A DNA stretch of 64,000 nucleotides from Neophaeotheca triangularis. Taxonomy: Eukaryota. Shown in pieces: positions 33,894-46,392 of the stretch (positions are counted from its first letter, which is position 1; each line of letters opens with the position of its first letter). The translations under genes and the position numbers were made by a program. The stretch lies in NCBI GenBank assembly GCA_054600435.1, contig BAAIJX010000022.1, forward strand, positions 186,001 through 250,000, read 5' to 3'. Under the pieces are notes generated by a model. It saw only the letters and a list, made by a program, of their open reading frames with translations, did no database searches and had not been told where the DNA came from.

Positions 33894-36383
33894 TCAGAAG
33901 TGGAAATACAATTGACTTCCCCCAGGCGGCACGCCATAGCCTGCACTCGGCGCAACGTAGAAATTCTGATAAGGATGCTGCGGGAGGTTGAAATCCGCTT
34001 TTGCGTACAAGGGGTTCGGGATGCCCGGCGGCGGACGCTTGCTAGGAGGGGTGGGCTGCGCGCTGGGCTGAAGAGTAGCGGGGGGCGGCGCGGGAACGCT
34101 CATGCTCATGGTCATGTTCTGTTGTTTCTGTTGCTGTTGCTGCTGCTGTTGCTGGTAATTGAAATCCTGTTGTAATTGTAGACTCTGCCGTGCAAGATGT
34201 GCTTGCGCTGCTTGTTCGGCTTGCGCCTGGCTTTCTTTGCGCTGCTGAATGGCGTGAGTGTGGGTTTGGGCGAATTGTCCGGGCGAAGGCGCTTCGTTCC
34301 AGCCCCATTTCTCTTTGAGCTCTTTGTAGATGAAACCAATGCGCCAGCCGGTTTCCTTGTTGATCTTGTCGAAGATTTGGAGGACTTCCTCTTGTTCGCG
34401 GCGATCGGTGAGGACTTCGGCTGCGTGGGCGAGCGATCGAATAGCGACTGATGCAACGCCGCGGTCTTTGACGTGGGCTACAATGCCGCAGATGGTTTGG
34501 CTATGGGTGCGTTGAAGGTCTGCCATTTCTTGATTGCCCGAGGGGGAGTAGTAAGGGTTTGTCTGAGATAACAAAAGCTGCGCCATGTGATAGAAGAGCC
34601 GCGAGACAATGGTTGTGCGCTTGATCAGCCAGACTTCCGGGAAGAGAGAGGCTGAGCTGGTATTTTGCGCATGTACGTATGCCATGGGGTGCATGGTACG
34701 TGGGATACCCGCGTGCCAAGCGTCGGCCATGTTCTTGAGGCTCGTCCAGTCTTCGTAACGCCGTTGAGTGCGTATTTGCTCGTCGCGCGGGTCTTGTTCA
34801 CAAGTTCGGGGAATCGTGGCACGGAAGTTGCAAATCTTAGCCACAACGTAGAGCATGCGGTGGCACCAGACCTCCTCCCGGCCGTTGTAGATCTCACGGC
34901 CAAAGTCAAGGTCGATGCCCCAGTCGTCCGGATCCCAGGCAACCTGCCAGTTGAAATGCAGGCATGAGAGAACCTCAAGACCAACATTCAGCCAGAAACA
35001 CGCCGCACCTATGCCAACGGCTCTTGCGTTCCATCCACACTCTTTGATCAGCGCACGCGCTCCCGCGATATGGTTCATTCGTTGCAGTGCTCGTTCGGAC
35101 ATGACTTCGTATACGTTCAGAATAACCGCAGTAGTAGCGCAAACAACCGTGTCTCGATCCGGGTTTTGCAATGCTTTCAGCAAATGACTCGTGGCAGTAT
35201 CGTAATAATGCAAGGCCTTCTCTTCGTTATAAGCAGGATTGACAAGAACCAGGTGCCGCGCTCCGCAGGCTAAGAAGGCGTTCAAAAGCATTGGCTCGGA
35301 TAGAGAATGGAAGGGCAGCAATCTCGAAAAGTGCTTCATAGAGTCCAGGCTGTCCATCCAGAGGCCAACCTCTTCGACGAAAACTTGCATGAAAAGCGTC
35401 TCTTCTTGCGATGACAGGAAGTCCCGCTTTTCCGACACTACCGAGGGGGTATGCCTATTGGATTCGAAGGCTGTGATAGATCCCGAGTTCGTGTTGTGGC
35501 CTGAGCTACCATAGCTAGAATCATGGGCAGTCGATCCCGAATTGGGAGGAATGCCGGCGTACTTGCTCTGCTGTTGCGCTTGTTGCTGGGGCTGCGGTTG
35601 AGGCTCGAAGGCATTGGTAATCTGTTGCCGTGGAGGATTCGCATTCGAGTATGGGTCCGGCAAGGCGTTTTCGACGGGTTGCGAAGGCTGATGAGTCGCA
35701 ACAGGTGCCGGCGGTACTGTTGTCGGATAGTTGAAAGGTATTCCTGTATCGGGTGCGACCCTTCGCGATGCCTCTTGATCCAATGCCTTGTATTTTTGCA
35801 CGCCTCCCTGGTATTCGCTCGCAATCTCCCTGGACTCGTCTAGAAACTCCACCCTCCAATCCTGCGAGCCATAGAGGGTAACGATGGTAGGCGGCTTGTC
35901 CACCCACGTGTCTATGAAATTCAGCTTGACGCCTCTCTTGCAAGTTCGATTGCTCTTCTTGCAGTTGTTGCAATGCGGCAGTCCCTCGTCGCACTTGAGA
36001 TGCCTTTCCCGACAAGTAAGGCAGCCGGTACGAACGCGCTTTGGTTTGCTGGCAGGGCCGTCGCCTCGGTCATCGCCGTCGCCATTCGTCATGAGACCTG
36101 CTGCCTGGCTGTATCGCCTGCCGTTGGATCCTACGGCAAGGCCCTTGGTCTTCTTGTTGGGCTTGCTACTGGACGGCAATGGTGGCTCCTTCCTCTTATT
36201 GCGCGCACTACCAACATGTGCAGCGAGGTTCAACGCGGCGCCGCCGTCCCCCGGGAGAGGGAGGGTCGAAGAAGATGCGGGCGAAAGGGTGGATTCGTTG
36301 TGTCGTTCCAGTAATGCATAAGAAGCGTAGTGAGACTCGTAGCCAGGCTGCAGGAGCGCAGACTGGTCGGCTAAGGTCGCCAG
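33894..36383 (-). CDS. Zn(II)2Cys6 fungal transcription factor; start uncertain (first ATG 36092, candidate CTG 36383)
   Basis: RVRTGCLTCRERHLKCDEGLPHCNNCKKSNRTC binuclear cluster, fungal TF middle domain (FMQVFVEEVGLWMDSLD) and Gln-rich C-terminus. Confidence 0.92.
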   Translation of the reverse strand: MATLADQSALLQPGYESHYASYALLERHNESTLSPASSSTLPLPGDGGAALNLAAHVGSARNKRKEPPLPSSSKPNKKTKGLAVGSNGRRYSQAAGLMTNGDGDDRGDGPASKPKRVRTGCLTCRERHLKCDEGLPHCNNCKKSNRTCKRGVKLNFIDTWVDKPPTIVTLYGSQDWRVEFLDESREIASEYQGGVQKYKALDQEASRRVAPDTGIPFNYPTTVPPAPVATHQPSQPVENALPDPYSNANPPRQQITNAFEPQPQPQQQAQQQSKYAGIPPNSGSTAHDSSYGSSGHNTNSGSITAFESNRHTPSVVSEKRDFLSSQEETLFMQVFVEEVGLWMDSLDSMKHFSRLLPFHSLSEPMLLNAFLACGARHLVLVNPAYNEEKALHYYDTATSHLLKALQNPDRDTVVCATTAVILNVYEVMSERALQRMNHIAGARALIKECGWNARAVGIGAACFWLNVGLEVLSCLHFNWQVAWDPDDWGIDLDFGREIYNGREEVWCHRMLYVVAKICNFRATIPRTCEQDPRDEQIRTQRRYEDWTSLKNMADAWHAGIPRTMHPMAYVHAQNTSSASLFPEVWLIKRTTIVSRLFYHMAQLLLSQTNPYYSPSGNQEMADLQRTHSQTICGIVAHVKDRGVASVAIRSLAHAAEVLTDRREQEEVLQIFDKINKETGWRIGFIYKELKEKWGWNEAPSPGQFAQTHTHAIQQRKESQAQAEQAAQAHLARQSLQLQQDFNYQQQQQQQQQKQQNMTMSMSVPAPPPATLQPSAQPTPPSKRPPPGIPNPLYAKADFNLPQHPYQNFYVAPSAGYGVPPGGSQLYFHF

Positions 36384-37843
36384 TGTAAGGGATTTGGCTG
36401 GGGTGTGGTTCCGGGTCGTGCGCGTTGTTTGGTTCGCTATTGACTGACTGACGGGTGGTGGTGTTGTTGTTGTTGTTGTAGTGGTGATTTTGAGGAAGAG
36501 GTTGGATGATCAAATGGTGGGCGGTGCTTGCCGGCTGGCGATGCTATCTTTAACGTAGGAGGCAGTAGGTAAGGCAGAAGGCTTGCACGGTCGTCTTGTC
36601 TTGTACGGGGAAAGGCAGGATGGGCAGCCGGACGACTGGGAATGTCCCGAAACGGAGCGAGTTGCGTGGGATCTGCTCGGCAAAGGTTGCTACTTTGCTT
36701 GGGTGGCTTGCCAACAATGCACGAGAGCAGACCAGGGGAGAGGGTGAAGAGAATAGACGACTACAGAAATAACAAGGGGGACTTGCTATGGACTGTATAC
36801 CATACGAGTACCATTCGAGCTTGCAAGTCGCAGTGGATGAGAGAACAAGTGACGAACGTCGTAGGCAGTCACAGAGGTAGTAGTGGTAGTAATAACAGTA
36901 GGTTGCCGATCGTGTCTCGTCAAGACTTGTTCCTTTCAAATCTGGACAAAGCGGGAATGGAAGGTAGGTGACCTTGCTACGAAGATCTAGGTACCTTAGC
37001 AAAGGTAACCGTGGATATAAGGTAAGTTATGATAGGTGGGGTGGGTACATGGATCTCAGCCGCAACGTCATATCATATCACTTCTCATTTCCATGTTTGC
37101 AGCCGGAGGTGAAAGCACCCGTCGACTTAAAGGGGTAAATACGGTAAACACAGGATACGTTGTCGTAAGTAATAATAAGTAACAATAGGAGGTGGCAAGG
37201 ATCTTTGATGATATTGGCTGGCCATAGCCTAATATACTGTACCCAAGGTATGTAGTGTCCGAGGAGGGTGATACTGATGGCCAAGAGCATTTGTAGGAGT
37301 AGGTACTAGTAGGCAGGACTAGGAGGCAGGAATCAGGGTGGACTAGATTAGATTCGGTCCATGTATGTACTCAGGTTGTGTATGGAAAAAGACTATACAA
37401 GTAGAGCCCAGAGTGTCGGGTACTGTGATTTGACATGCAAAAGTGGAGTCTCATTTATTACCCGCCTTAAGGTCCAGTACTTTCCTTGGCAATGAGCACA
37501 TCACCAACCCTAACCCTATGGTATAATACCGACTTCTCAATGCTACTACATACCAGTACCTCCAGTTGATCTGTTTCGAATATGTGTCGCTCCTAGTGGT
37601 CTGTCAGTACTGCCTACTACTTGCCTGTCTATCTAGGTAATAACGGTGGGCGGGTAAAGTCTTGTCGACAGCTGCTAATGTAGAACATAGATTCCCGCCA
37701 AAACCCTTTTCGTATCTTGACCGCTTTCTCAGACGAACATTCTATAGACCGACAATCAAGTCGAACGCTCTGAACATCATATCCAGCCGACAAGAATTTT
37801 CTCCTAAGCCAAAGACTTCACAACAATTTCTCCAGTCACAGCC

Positions 37844-38886
37844 ATGTCCACGACAACCAACGAGGCAAACCCCAACTCCCTCCTCTCCCGCTTCAAACAC
37901 CACTCCCTCCTCAACACAGACCAATCCGGCCGCCGCATAATCCTCCAAGGCACTATCTCCTCGCAACCAGCGCTCCTCCTAATCGAACGCGTAGCAATCT
38001 CCACAGACCCAAGCTACCTCTCTTCCCTGACCCGCCTCATCACCCACGTCCAAAACCTCGGCCACAACGACATCTACGCCTGGTACCTCGCCAACACCCT
38101 CCCAGACAACACCCTCGACGCCCCAACCCCCCCGGACCTAAAACTCAACCTCATCTACCCCTGCACCGACGCCCACGTCCGCAAATACTCCTTCCAACAA
38201 AACCGCAGCGTCGTCGAAACCCCCGAAATCTACGCCCATCATGTTCGTCCCTACATGCAACGCTACCGCGAAGCGGGCAAACTAAACTGGGTCTTCAACA
38301 TCCTCGCGGGCAAGGCCGAGCAGGAGAACGTCCTCTTCCACGACAAAGACCCGCGGGATGGCTTTCTGCTGGCGCCGGATCTGAACTGGGACCGCAAAAC
38401 CGTCGGCGCCCTGCACCTGCTAGCTCTCGTCGAGCGCCGTGATCTCTGGAGCCTGCGCGACCTGCGTCGAAGTGACGTACCCTGGCTACGGACGCTGAAA
38501 GCAAAACTGCTCACGGAGACGACCCGACTCTGGCCGGAAATCGAAGAGGACATGTTGAAATTCTACCTCCACTGTACGCAACCGTTGCCACCGCTTCCCC
38601 AACAATGCCTCGCTTGCTAACTCTCTCCCTCTCAGACCAACCAACCTACTACCACTTCCACATCCACATCGTGCACATCAACGCCGAACCCACTGCCACG
38701 CAAGCCGTGGGCAAAGCTCTCGATCTCAACGCCATCATCAGCCAGCTCGACGCCATGGCCGCTCCCGAAACCGGGTCCGATCCCAGCATGGCCGATGTAC
38801 CGCTCACTTATACCGTGGGCGAGGCTAGTGAGTTGTGGAAACTTATCTTCGGGCCGTTGAAGAGGGGTGAAGTGCCGGGGGTGTGA
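37844..38886 (+). CDS. DCS1: Scavenger mRNA decapping enzyme (m7GpppX diphosphatase); exons 37844-38573, 38636-38886
   Basis: LIYPCTDAHVRKY, VETPEIY, LNWVFNIL, LAPDLNWDRK, LWSLRDL and spliced HYQPTYYHFHIH HIT motif. Confidence 0.95.
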
Positions 38887-39889
38887 TGGGAGGGGACGTA
38901 AGGGTGAGTTTCGTTACCGGGGGGAAGGGGTTTTTGGCGGGATGGCGGGATGCTGCGCGTGGGGAGGGTCTGCCAGCCCATTGGCTCGGGAGGGACGCGG
39001 TGCGGACGTCGTTGCCAGCGAGGCCTTGAGAGCGTGTGCTGAAGCGGCAGCGGCGGTGGTGGTCAGACCGCAGCATTTGGCGCGCAACTGTGAGATTGCG
39101 GCGTCGCTAGCTAGATTGGAAGCCACAGCTATGGCGTAGCAGCCGGCGCGACTGGGAGGAAGAAGAGGGGGAAGTAGTAAATCCTGCTTGGTTCCCAGCG
39201 AGGGCCTCCAGCGCTATTCAACGCCGTGGACGAGACAGAAGGGGACTTGGCACGCAGCCGTACGTAGTGCAGTACAGTACAGGCCACGCCAGACCAGTAG
39301 ACGGACGTCAAAACCATTCCCGCCCCAAGACGATGGGTGCAGTATGTACGACGAGCTCTCGACCAACGCTGTCGCACATCCAGATCTTCTCGACACGTAG
39401 CGCTGCTTGCTCGGCCACCTGACTGGTTGCGCATCTTGGGAAGAAAAAATGGGGCTACGCGGGCATGGCAGCTCACCCCTCCCCCTCCCGACATTGGCAG
39501 CTCCAACCACGGCCGTGTCGAAGGAACTGGGAAACTTTTCCACGGCAGAGTGAAGAGTCCAGACGCGTAAGCTGAGGGTTGCTCACTTTTTTCGTTCAAG
39601 CAGAGACCGGTGGGAATCTAGGGGAAGGGAAGTCGGGCACTATTCGAAGCCAGGTTGGCGCAAACACCGGGATTCAGGATTGGATTCTTGGAGAACGGGG
39701 TCGGAGAACACGGGAAACCAAACAAACAAACGAATGTACATCGGTTCCGACACTACGAAAAAGAACGCTCGACTAGAAACAGCCAATGGGTAGGATGTCC
39801 CCTGGAGAGAGTATCGTTACATTCAAAACCTCCTCCCCGCCACTGTCATACAAAAGAGAGAGAAAGAGAGAGAGAGAAGGACAACCCCC

Positions 39890-41718
39890 CTACAAGCCCG
39901 AATCATCCATGTCATACGGCCTGTTGGGACCCAGAGGTTGATTCCACCAGGGCCGCCAGTTATCGCAATTGCGGTTCATCTCGCTCAAATCGCCAATGGA
40001 GCTCAGGATCTCGTCCTTGCGCTCGAGAAACTGCCAGCTCAGGCCCTGGCCCACGTGGTAGGGGATATGGCAATGCACGAGCCAGGCGCCGGGGTTGTCG
40101 GCCGGGAAGCCCATGACGAGGTAGCCGCCGGCGGGCAAGTTGGCCGTGTCGCGACGCGGCGGGTTGTCGAAGACGAGGTTGTCCATGTTGCCGTCGTAGA
40201 CGCCGCTGCCTTGGCCGATGACGTAGAAGTCGTGGCCGTGCAGGTGGATGGGGTGGTGCAGGTTCACCGGCGAGCCTTGGACGGTCTGCACGATCCAGAA
40301 GGTCCACTCGTCGCGCTTGTTGATCTCGAAGACGTTTTGTTTGGGCTCGAAACTCCAGTCGCCGCGTTGCACGTAGTCGAGGGTGGGTTTGTTGAAGTCG
40401 ACTTGGATGTCGGTGCCGTTGATTAGCCATTGCACCAGCGGCGGGCCGTTGGTGTCGACGCGCGAGACGTTGAATTGCATGTCGAAGCGGCCTAGGGCGT
40501 CGAGGAACTGGTCGCGGTCGACTTGGTTGTCGACCCAGGGCCGGACATCTTCGTCGTAGCAGCCCGTGTTGGGTGCGTGGCCCATTTCGGTCGTGGGCTC
40601 TTCGTCGTCGGCGCCTTCGTACGAGATGATGCCTTTGACGTTGCCGGCGTTGAGGTTGCGGGAGCATGCCGTGCCGATGTTGACGCGCATCCAGTAGTTG
40701 CCGACGTCTTGGTTGGCGTGGATGATGATGTCGTGCCGTTGGCCGATGGCGAGGGCGACGCTGTTAGTTTTGTATGGCTTGATGGGGACGAAATCAGAGG
40801 TGATGACTGTGAATTCGTGGTTGTCGATTGACACGTGGAAGAGGTTGTCGACACCGGCGTTGATGAGACGTAGGCGGTGCTTCTTCCCCTTTTGCAGCTT
40901 CGTCTTGAAGTATTGACCTCCTTGGTCCGACACCATTGACCCGTTGATCAGAATCGTGTCGGCGACCGGTGGACCAGTAATACTGTGCAGAGCGCGGTGG
41001 TTCAGCACAAAGGCTGTCTCGTACGTCCAATCGTTGAGGGTAGCTGTTCCGAGGTCAATGTCGTAGTTGCCTTGGTAGTTTGTTAGCAAAGGACGCTCGT
41101 AATGTGTGATGTTGCTCGGCTATACTACTTACTGGTAGCAGGACCATTGATAATGATGGTTCCCACAACACCCTCAGCATACTGTGTGGAGTAATGGCTG
41201 TGATACCAACCGGTCCCGTGCTGCGTGCAGAGCATCTCGTACCGCTTGGTGCCGCCCGGGGGGATTGGGCATTCGGTCACACCGTTGACACCATCTTGCT
41301 GGCATTTGTTCAGCTGTCGCATACCGTGCCAGTGAATGCTAGTGCCGTTGTGTTGGAGGGAGTTCTTGACGTTCACGACGAGGGTGTCACCCCAGTTCGC
41401 CGTCAGGACGGGTCCAGGGTATTGACCGTTGATGACCATCATGAGCCTCTCGTGGCCATCCGGTGCCATGGTGGTGTTGGTAATCTCGAGGTCATATTCG
41501 ACAGTCTTGCCCTCCGGGGGCATCTTAGCGTCGAAGTCTGTTGCGATACTGTGACCAGCGGACCAGCATGCTCTTGTGTAGGGGCCATGTCTGCAAGCGT
41601 TGTCTGCCTGTCGTTGGCGGGTCTCCAGTATAGCGCCGTTGTCCTGGCGTTCGACGGGTACAACAGCAGCGAATGCACGGGTGGCAAGCAATGCCACGCA
41701 GGTAGGAAGGAACTTCAT
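39890..41718 (-). CDS. Secreted laccase (multicopper oxidase AA1); exons 41718-41133, 41070-39890
   Basis: Signal peptide MKFLPTCVALLATRAFA; copper motifs HWHG, WYHSH, HPIHLHGHDF and HCHIPYHVGQGL; ascomycete C-terminal DSGL; intron gtaagt..aag. Confidence 0.95.
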
Positions 41719-43439
41719 CTCGAAAGATGAGTAATAGGAAGGGATGTACGAGGAAGGAAAAGTGCTCAAACAAACTCCAACTTGCTCAGAACGAGGCGTA
41801 CAAGAAGGCTCATATATACCTACCCTTTGAGGTGTTGAAACTACCAAGACTCTCCCCTTCGATTGGCGAGTCGCTGGCTTATTCTCCGAGAGGCAGCAAG
41901 GCGCCGGTGAGGGTCTCAGATGTCGCCTACGGGATCATCTACGAGGGATCGGGTTCTTGGTATCCCCAAAAGCGTCAAACGTAGCCGTGATTCTGCAGGT
42001 CGGTATCCGCACTTGGCCAGCAAGGCCCGGTCGCTCATGCTGAAGAAGTCCTACAGGAAGGCTACAAATAGAGGCCGAGAATTGCTTGAGCTGCTTGGCC
42101 GTCCCGGATGATGGCCTGAATGTATGCACTGTCGGTTGGCCACGCTTGGCAATCATATACTAACAGGCGACAAGGCTAGAAGGTTGTTTAGTATTCACGC
42201 CATCGGTCAGAGCTTACTTTGTCGTTGATTCGCTACCCAATACTCTGACTGTACCGCAGTAGACTGTAGGTAGTACAAGAGAAGGCGGTGTTGTGTCGCC
42301 ATAGTCCCAGCGAGGCATACTGTACTGTGTACACAGGTCATAGTTTTGCGCGTGGCCAACCCACTCACTACACTACTGTACTGTAGTGTTGTGTGCTGTG
42401 TACCGGGGTCATCAATGGGTGAAGGATGAATCTACAAGGTTTGGCCGGAAAAAGACGAAACGATCGTTGCTTGAAGCCGAAACGTCAACCGAACTCGAGC
42501 AAATCACTACACATCTACCTGACTCTTGCCTCCCATCAATGCGCGGTCTGGAGCACTGGGGAAGACAAGGGGCGGGAGGAATGCGCTATCTTAATGCTAC
42601 CTCGATGCCGCATGCTTTAGGGCTCGATGGAATGGTCTGGTGAGAAGCAGTCACTACTACCGTTGTGTGTTGTGACGATCGTATCAACGCAGCTCGCATA
42701 ATGGCGGCTGAATCATTGTTTGTTCGACGAAGGCTCGGAAGGATGCACGATGAAAGAAGCTGAGCGAAGCGGGGCCGGTGCTTCTGTTGGTGTCTTGGTA
42801 TGGATAACAATAATAACGATAAAAATAATAATGATGATGATGCAGGGTAGCCGTTCAATAGCGTGGGATTAGTACCTGGAGTGGGTTGGTTGGGTTGGGT
42901 TGTAGGAGGATACGGTAACGGGAGCATGCCACGTCGGAGAATGCGAAGTGATGAGGTTGCGGAATTGGAAGCGTTGATACTGTACTTCCAGGTTGCTGCA
43001 GTACAAGTCTTGGCTATCAGGGGTAAGTAGGTTAGGTAGGCAGTCTCTCTAGATAGTAGTGATGAAATTGGGAATTCTCCGAAAAACTAGATTAACAAGG
43101 TATCTCATTCTCATTATTCTCATCATCAACGTAACTAACACATTGCATCAATACTAATATTAATCGATATGGTCAAGGACTGCAACTAGAAAAAATACTA
43201 AGTAGTGTGTCAGCGCTTAGAAGTTCAGGGGCTGATGGTTTTCACTCTTACAGTAGTAACAGCAGTAGTAGGAGGTACCTAGTACAAGTAGTTTGCCGCG
43301 TTTGTGTGCAGAAGCTTGGAGAGCCGAGGATGGGGTTCCACATGGTCAAAAGTGTCTCTGTACCTCCTCATCAGTAGTCCTTGCTTGTTCGGAAAACACG
43401 TTACCTTCTTATTATTACTATTCATAACCTCACCACATC

Positions 43440-43468
43440 TGCACATGCACATGCACATGCACATGCAC
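43440..43468. repeat. (TGCACA)n hexamer microsatellite
   Basis: tgcacatgcacatgcacatgcacatgcac seen directly. Confidence 0.85.
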
Positions 43469-45029
43469 AGTCACAGCATGACTTGGCCCTTAACAGTCTA
43501 CAGGTAGGTAGATGATAGATCGAGCGTGCAGGATGCCAGTCCACGTGGGGTGAGCCATGGTGCTCGCAGCCCCAAGCCTCCAATAATAATGATAATAATC
43601 CAATACCACTACTTACTCTAGCGAGCCAGAGGATCAATTCTGCTGCGCAGACGGAAGCAGTACAGGTCCTGACTCGAGGGAATGCCACGCTTCCCGTTAA
43701 CGACCGGGACCGCGCCCACCTATGGAACACTTCAATTGTCGAATACCTAGTCAAAACGTCCATGGAAGGAACGGAAAGGCTCGCTCCCTTTCCCTTATTA
43801 TTATTGACCCACCAGTCGTCAGGACTCATCAGTAGTCAATAATACCTACCACTTACTGACCAGTGTCTCTAGAGATGATCTACAGATCTCGTAACCTCGA
43901 ATTGACCACCGGAGACTCCACATGCTTATCCCTCAAAAAGGCAGGCCCTAAGACGGCCCCGGTGGATTTTGCGTGCTAGATCTACTGCGCATGCCATAAT
44001 AACCTGTGAGGATTTCGTCGCTAGCACAGTAGTAATAGACTAATAGATGCATTATCGTTTCTTGTCCGGACTCGCAGGTGGGGTTATTGCCTAGAGCACC
44101 GCCTTTGTGCGCCCATGGCTTACTTACCTACCTTGGGCATTGACGGCGCCCAGGCTGACTACCAAGAAAAACTGCCCGACTTCACTTCTCGGCGATATCC
44201 TTCTCTGAGGATCGTTAGCGTGGAATCCACAGAGCAGCGCATGCCGATGAGTGCCCACATCCATGGGCGTACAATGTACACTACTACTGTACACACGACA
44301 AGCATTCGTTCTATTCCAGGTCGGGGTATTATTCCATCGATCCGGATCGCTACTGCATCCTTCTGCCGCCTGCAGGCTCGGCTACCAGACAAGCACTCTG
44401 AGGCACCTGTCAATTGCACCATGAACTCCCCGTAACGGATAGCAGCAGCTGTTTGTGCCTCCACTCAAAGAAGGACTTTCGGAATACCAAGTCATCGAAC
44501 CGCACCCTTTCTCGCCATGCGGCATACCATCCGCCCCGGACCAACCATTATTCGTCCAACCACTGGCAACTTCGCGAGCTTAGGGCTGAAAATAAGCTGC
44601 ATGATGATTCCTACAGGTCATGGATTCAGGAAGCCCGCTCCTGCACAAACCTATCCGAAGAGCCCTAAGCCCTCCCATCGCGTATTGCAAGACATGATAG
44701 GGCAGGCAGTCTCGTATACGGTATGCCACGAGGTTGGCTCTGTCCACGCGCGTGTGACACTATACTAGTACCAACGTTAAATCTTCCGAATATGGCAACA
44801 TGACGGCCAGACATATACCAAGTTAGTCGACTACACCGCTTATACGCTGGAGGATCGGCTATATGGCACAAGGACATTGTCCGTTTGGAAAACCAAGGTA
44901 AGGGCAAGACCGGTGCATGTCAGCTATATAGCTATGAACCGGAGCCCCCAGGTTAGAGCTTGAGTAGACCACCAGCTTTTCTCGTATTCTCTCGCTCTGT
45001 TCTTCGCCTAGGCGCTTTTCATCGCCGTC

Positions 45030-46392
45030 ATGCTATCCATTCGCTCAGCGGTGTTGTCGGCGGTCCTTTCCATTTCGTTCGTTGTCGCCGCTCCTACTAC
45101 GCAACCAGAGCAATCACCAAACGAGGCATTGGTATTCCGGAGACAGAACGATCCAAACTCCGTCTGCAGTACCTTTGGCGTCGATATCCAGGATGGTGGC
45201 GACTACTTCGTCAACACATTAGACGATTCGGACTTCAGCAGCGTCTCGCAATTTGAAGGCTGCAACGATGACACGGCGAATGTGCTCTTGATCAACGCAG
45301 ACACTGGGGATGAGTACGAGTGCGATGACCTCCGCACCGTACCTGACGACACCTCTATGATATCGACCTGCCCAATTTCCAAGAGCGACATCACTTCAGG
45401 AAACTACATCCTGTTGCTGTTGGGTAACAACGGCGATGGCCAACCATTTGCAGCCCAACGTGATTTTGTCATCACCGCTGGGGAACAGGAGACTGTTTGG
45501 ATCACCCCGACCACGACGCTTACCATCACAGAGACACCCGTCACCTCAGTCACTTGTAAGTATCCCCAATGGATGATGAAGCTTTGGCGCTTCCAGCTAA
45601 CAATCTCCAGCCACATCCATCATCCCAACTACTGAATCAGTCAACAACACCAAGACCATCACCAAGCCCGCCGAAGTCGAATACATTACCATCACTCCAC
45701 CAACAGCCACAACCACCGAGACCAAGTGGCTCACGCACACCCGCCGCAGATGGAGTGTAGACGAGGACATTCTCACCGAGGTTGTCACCCCAAGCTGCAC
45801 TGTTCCTCCCCCACAACATACTGCCGACCCCCCATGTCTCTTCGAACCCACCCTCATCCCCATGCCCCGCGGCATCAGAATTCCCGGCACCCACGGCAAG
45901 CGCCCCATGGACATCGCAGCTGTGCGACAAAGATTCGAGAACCACTGGCGCAAGCACGGCAAGCGCAGCGACAACAAGAAAGCGCGCCACAACAACAAGA
46001 AGCGCGACATCGACTCGGCCACCGTGACCTCGACGGCCGATACCACCGCCAACGCCACCAGCACCGTCTACGCCCCGACATCCACCGACTTGGACATCAC
46101 CATCGTCACCACTACCATCACGACCACCCTCCCGCCTAAAACCATCAGCACCGGCACTAAGACTTCCACTGAGCACGCACCCACGCCATACGAGACCAAG
46201 CACAGAATCCGCCACACCAAGACATATGTGACCAAGACTTTCGAAGTCACGCGCACGGAAACTACCACCACGACCCCCGGCCCGGACGCTACGGCTTGCA
46301 AACGCTCCGGTGGGCATTTCGGCGGCGGCTCGAGGCATTGGAAGTGGGAGAGGCCTGGCAAAGGCAGGGGCCGGACCAACCGATGGTGGTAG
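45030..46392 (+). CDS. Secreted protein with an acidic Cys-containing N-domain, Thr-rich region and basic tail; exons 45030-45555, 45611-46392
   Basis: Signal peptide MLSIRSAVLSAVLSISFVVA; the gtaagt..cag intron joins the two ORFs in frame; TATA-like ctatata at ~44924. Confidence 0.85.

Noticed and set aside
37505..37517. Telomere-like CCCTAA repeats (also the AGGGTTAGTACT tandem at 14921-14954)
   Set aside because: Only about two units, as expected by chance or simple slippage.
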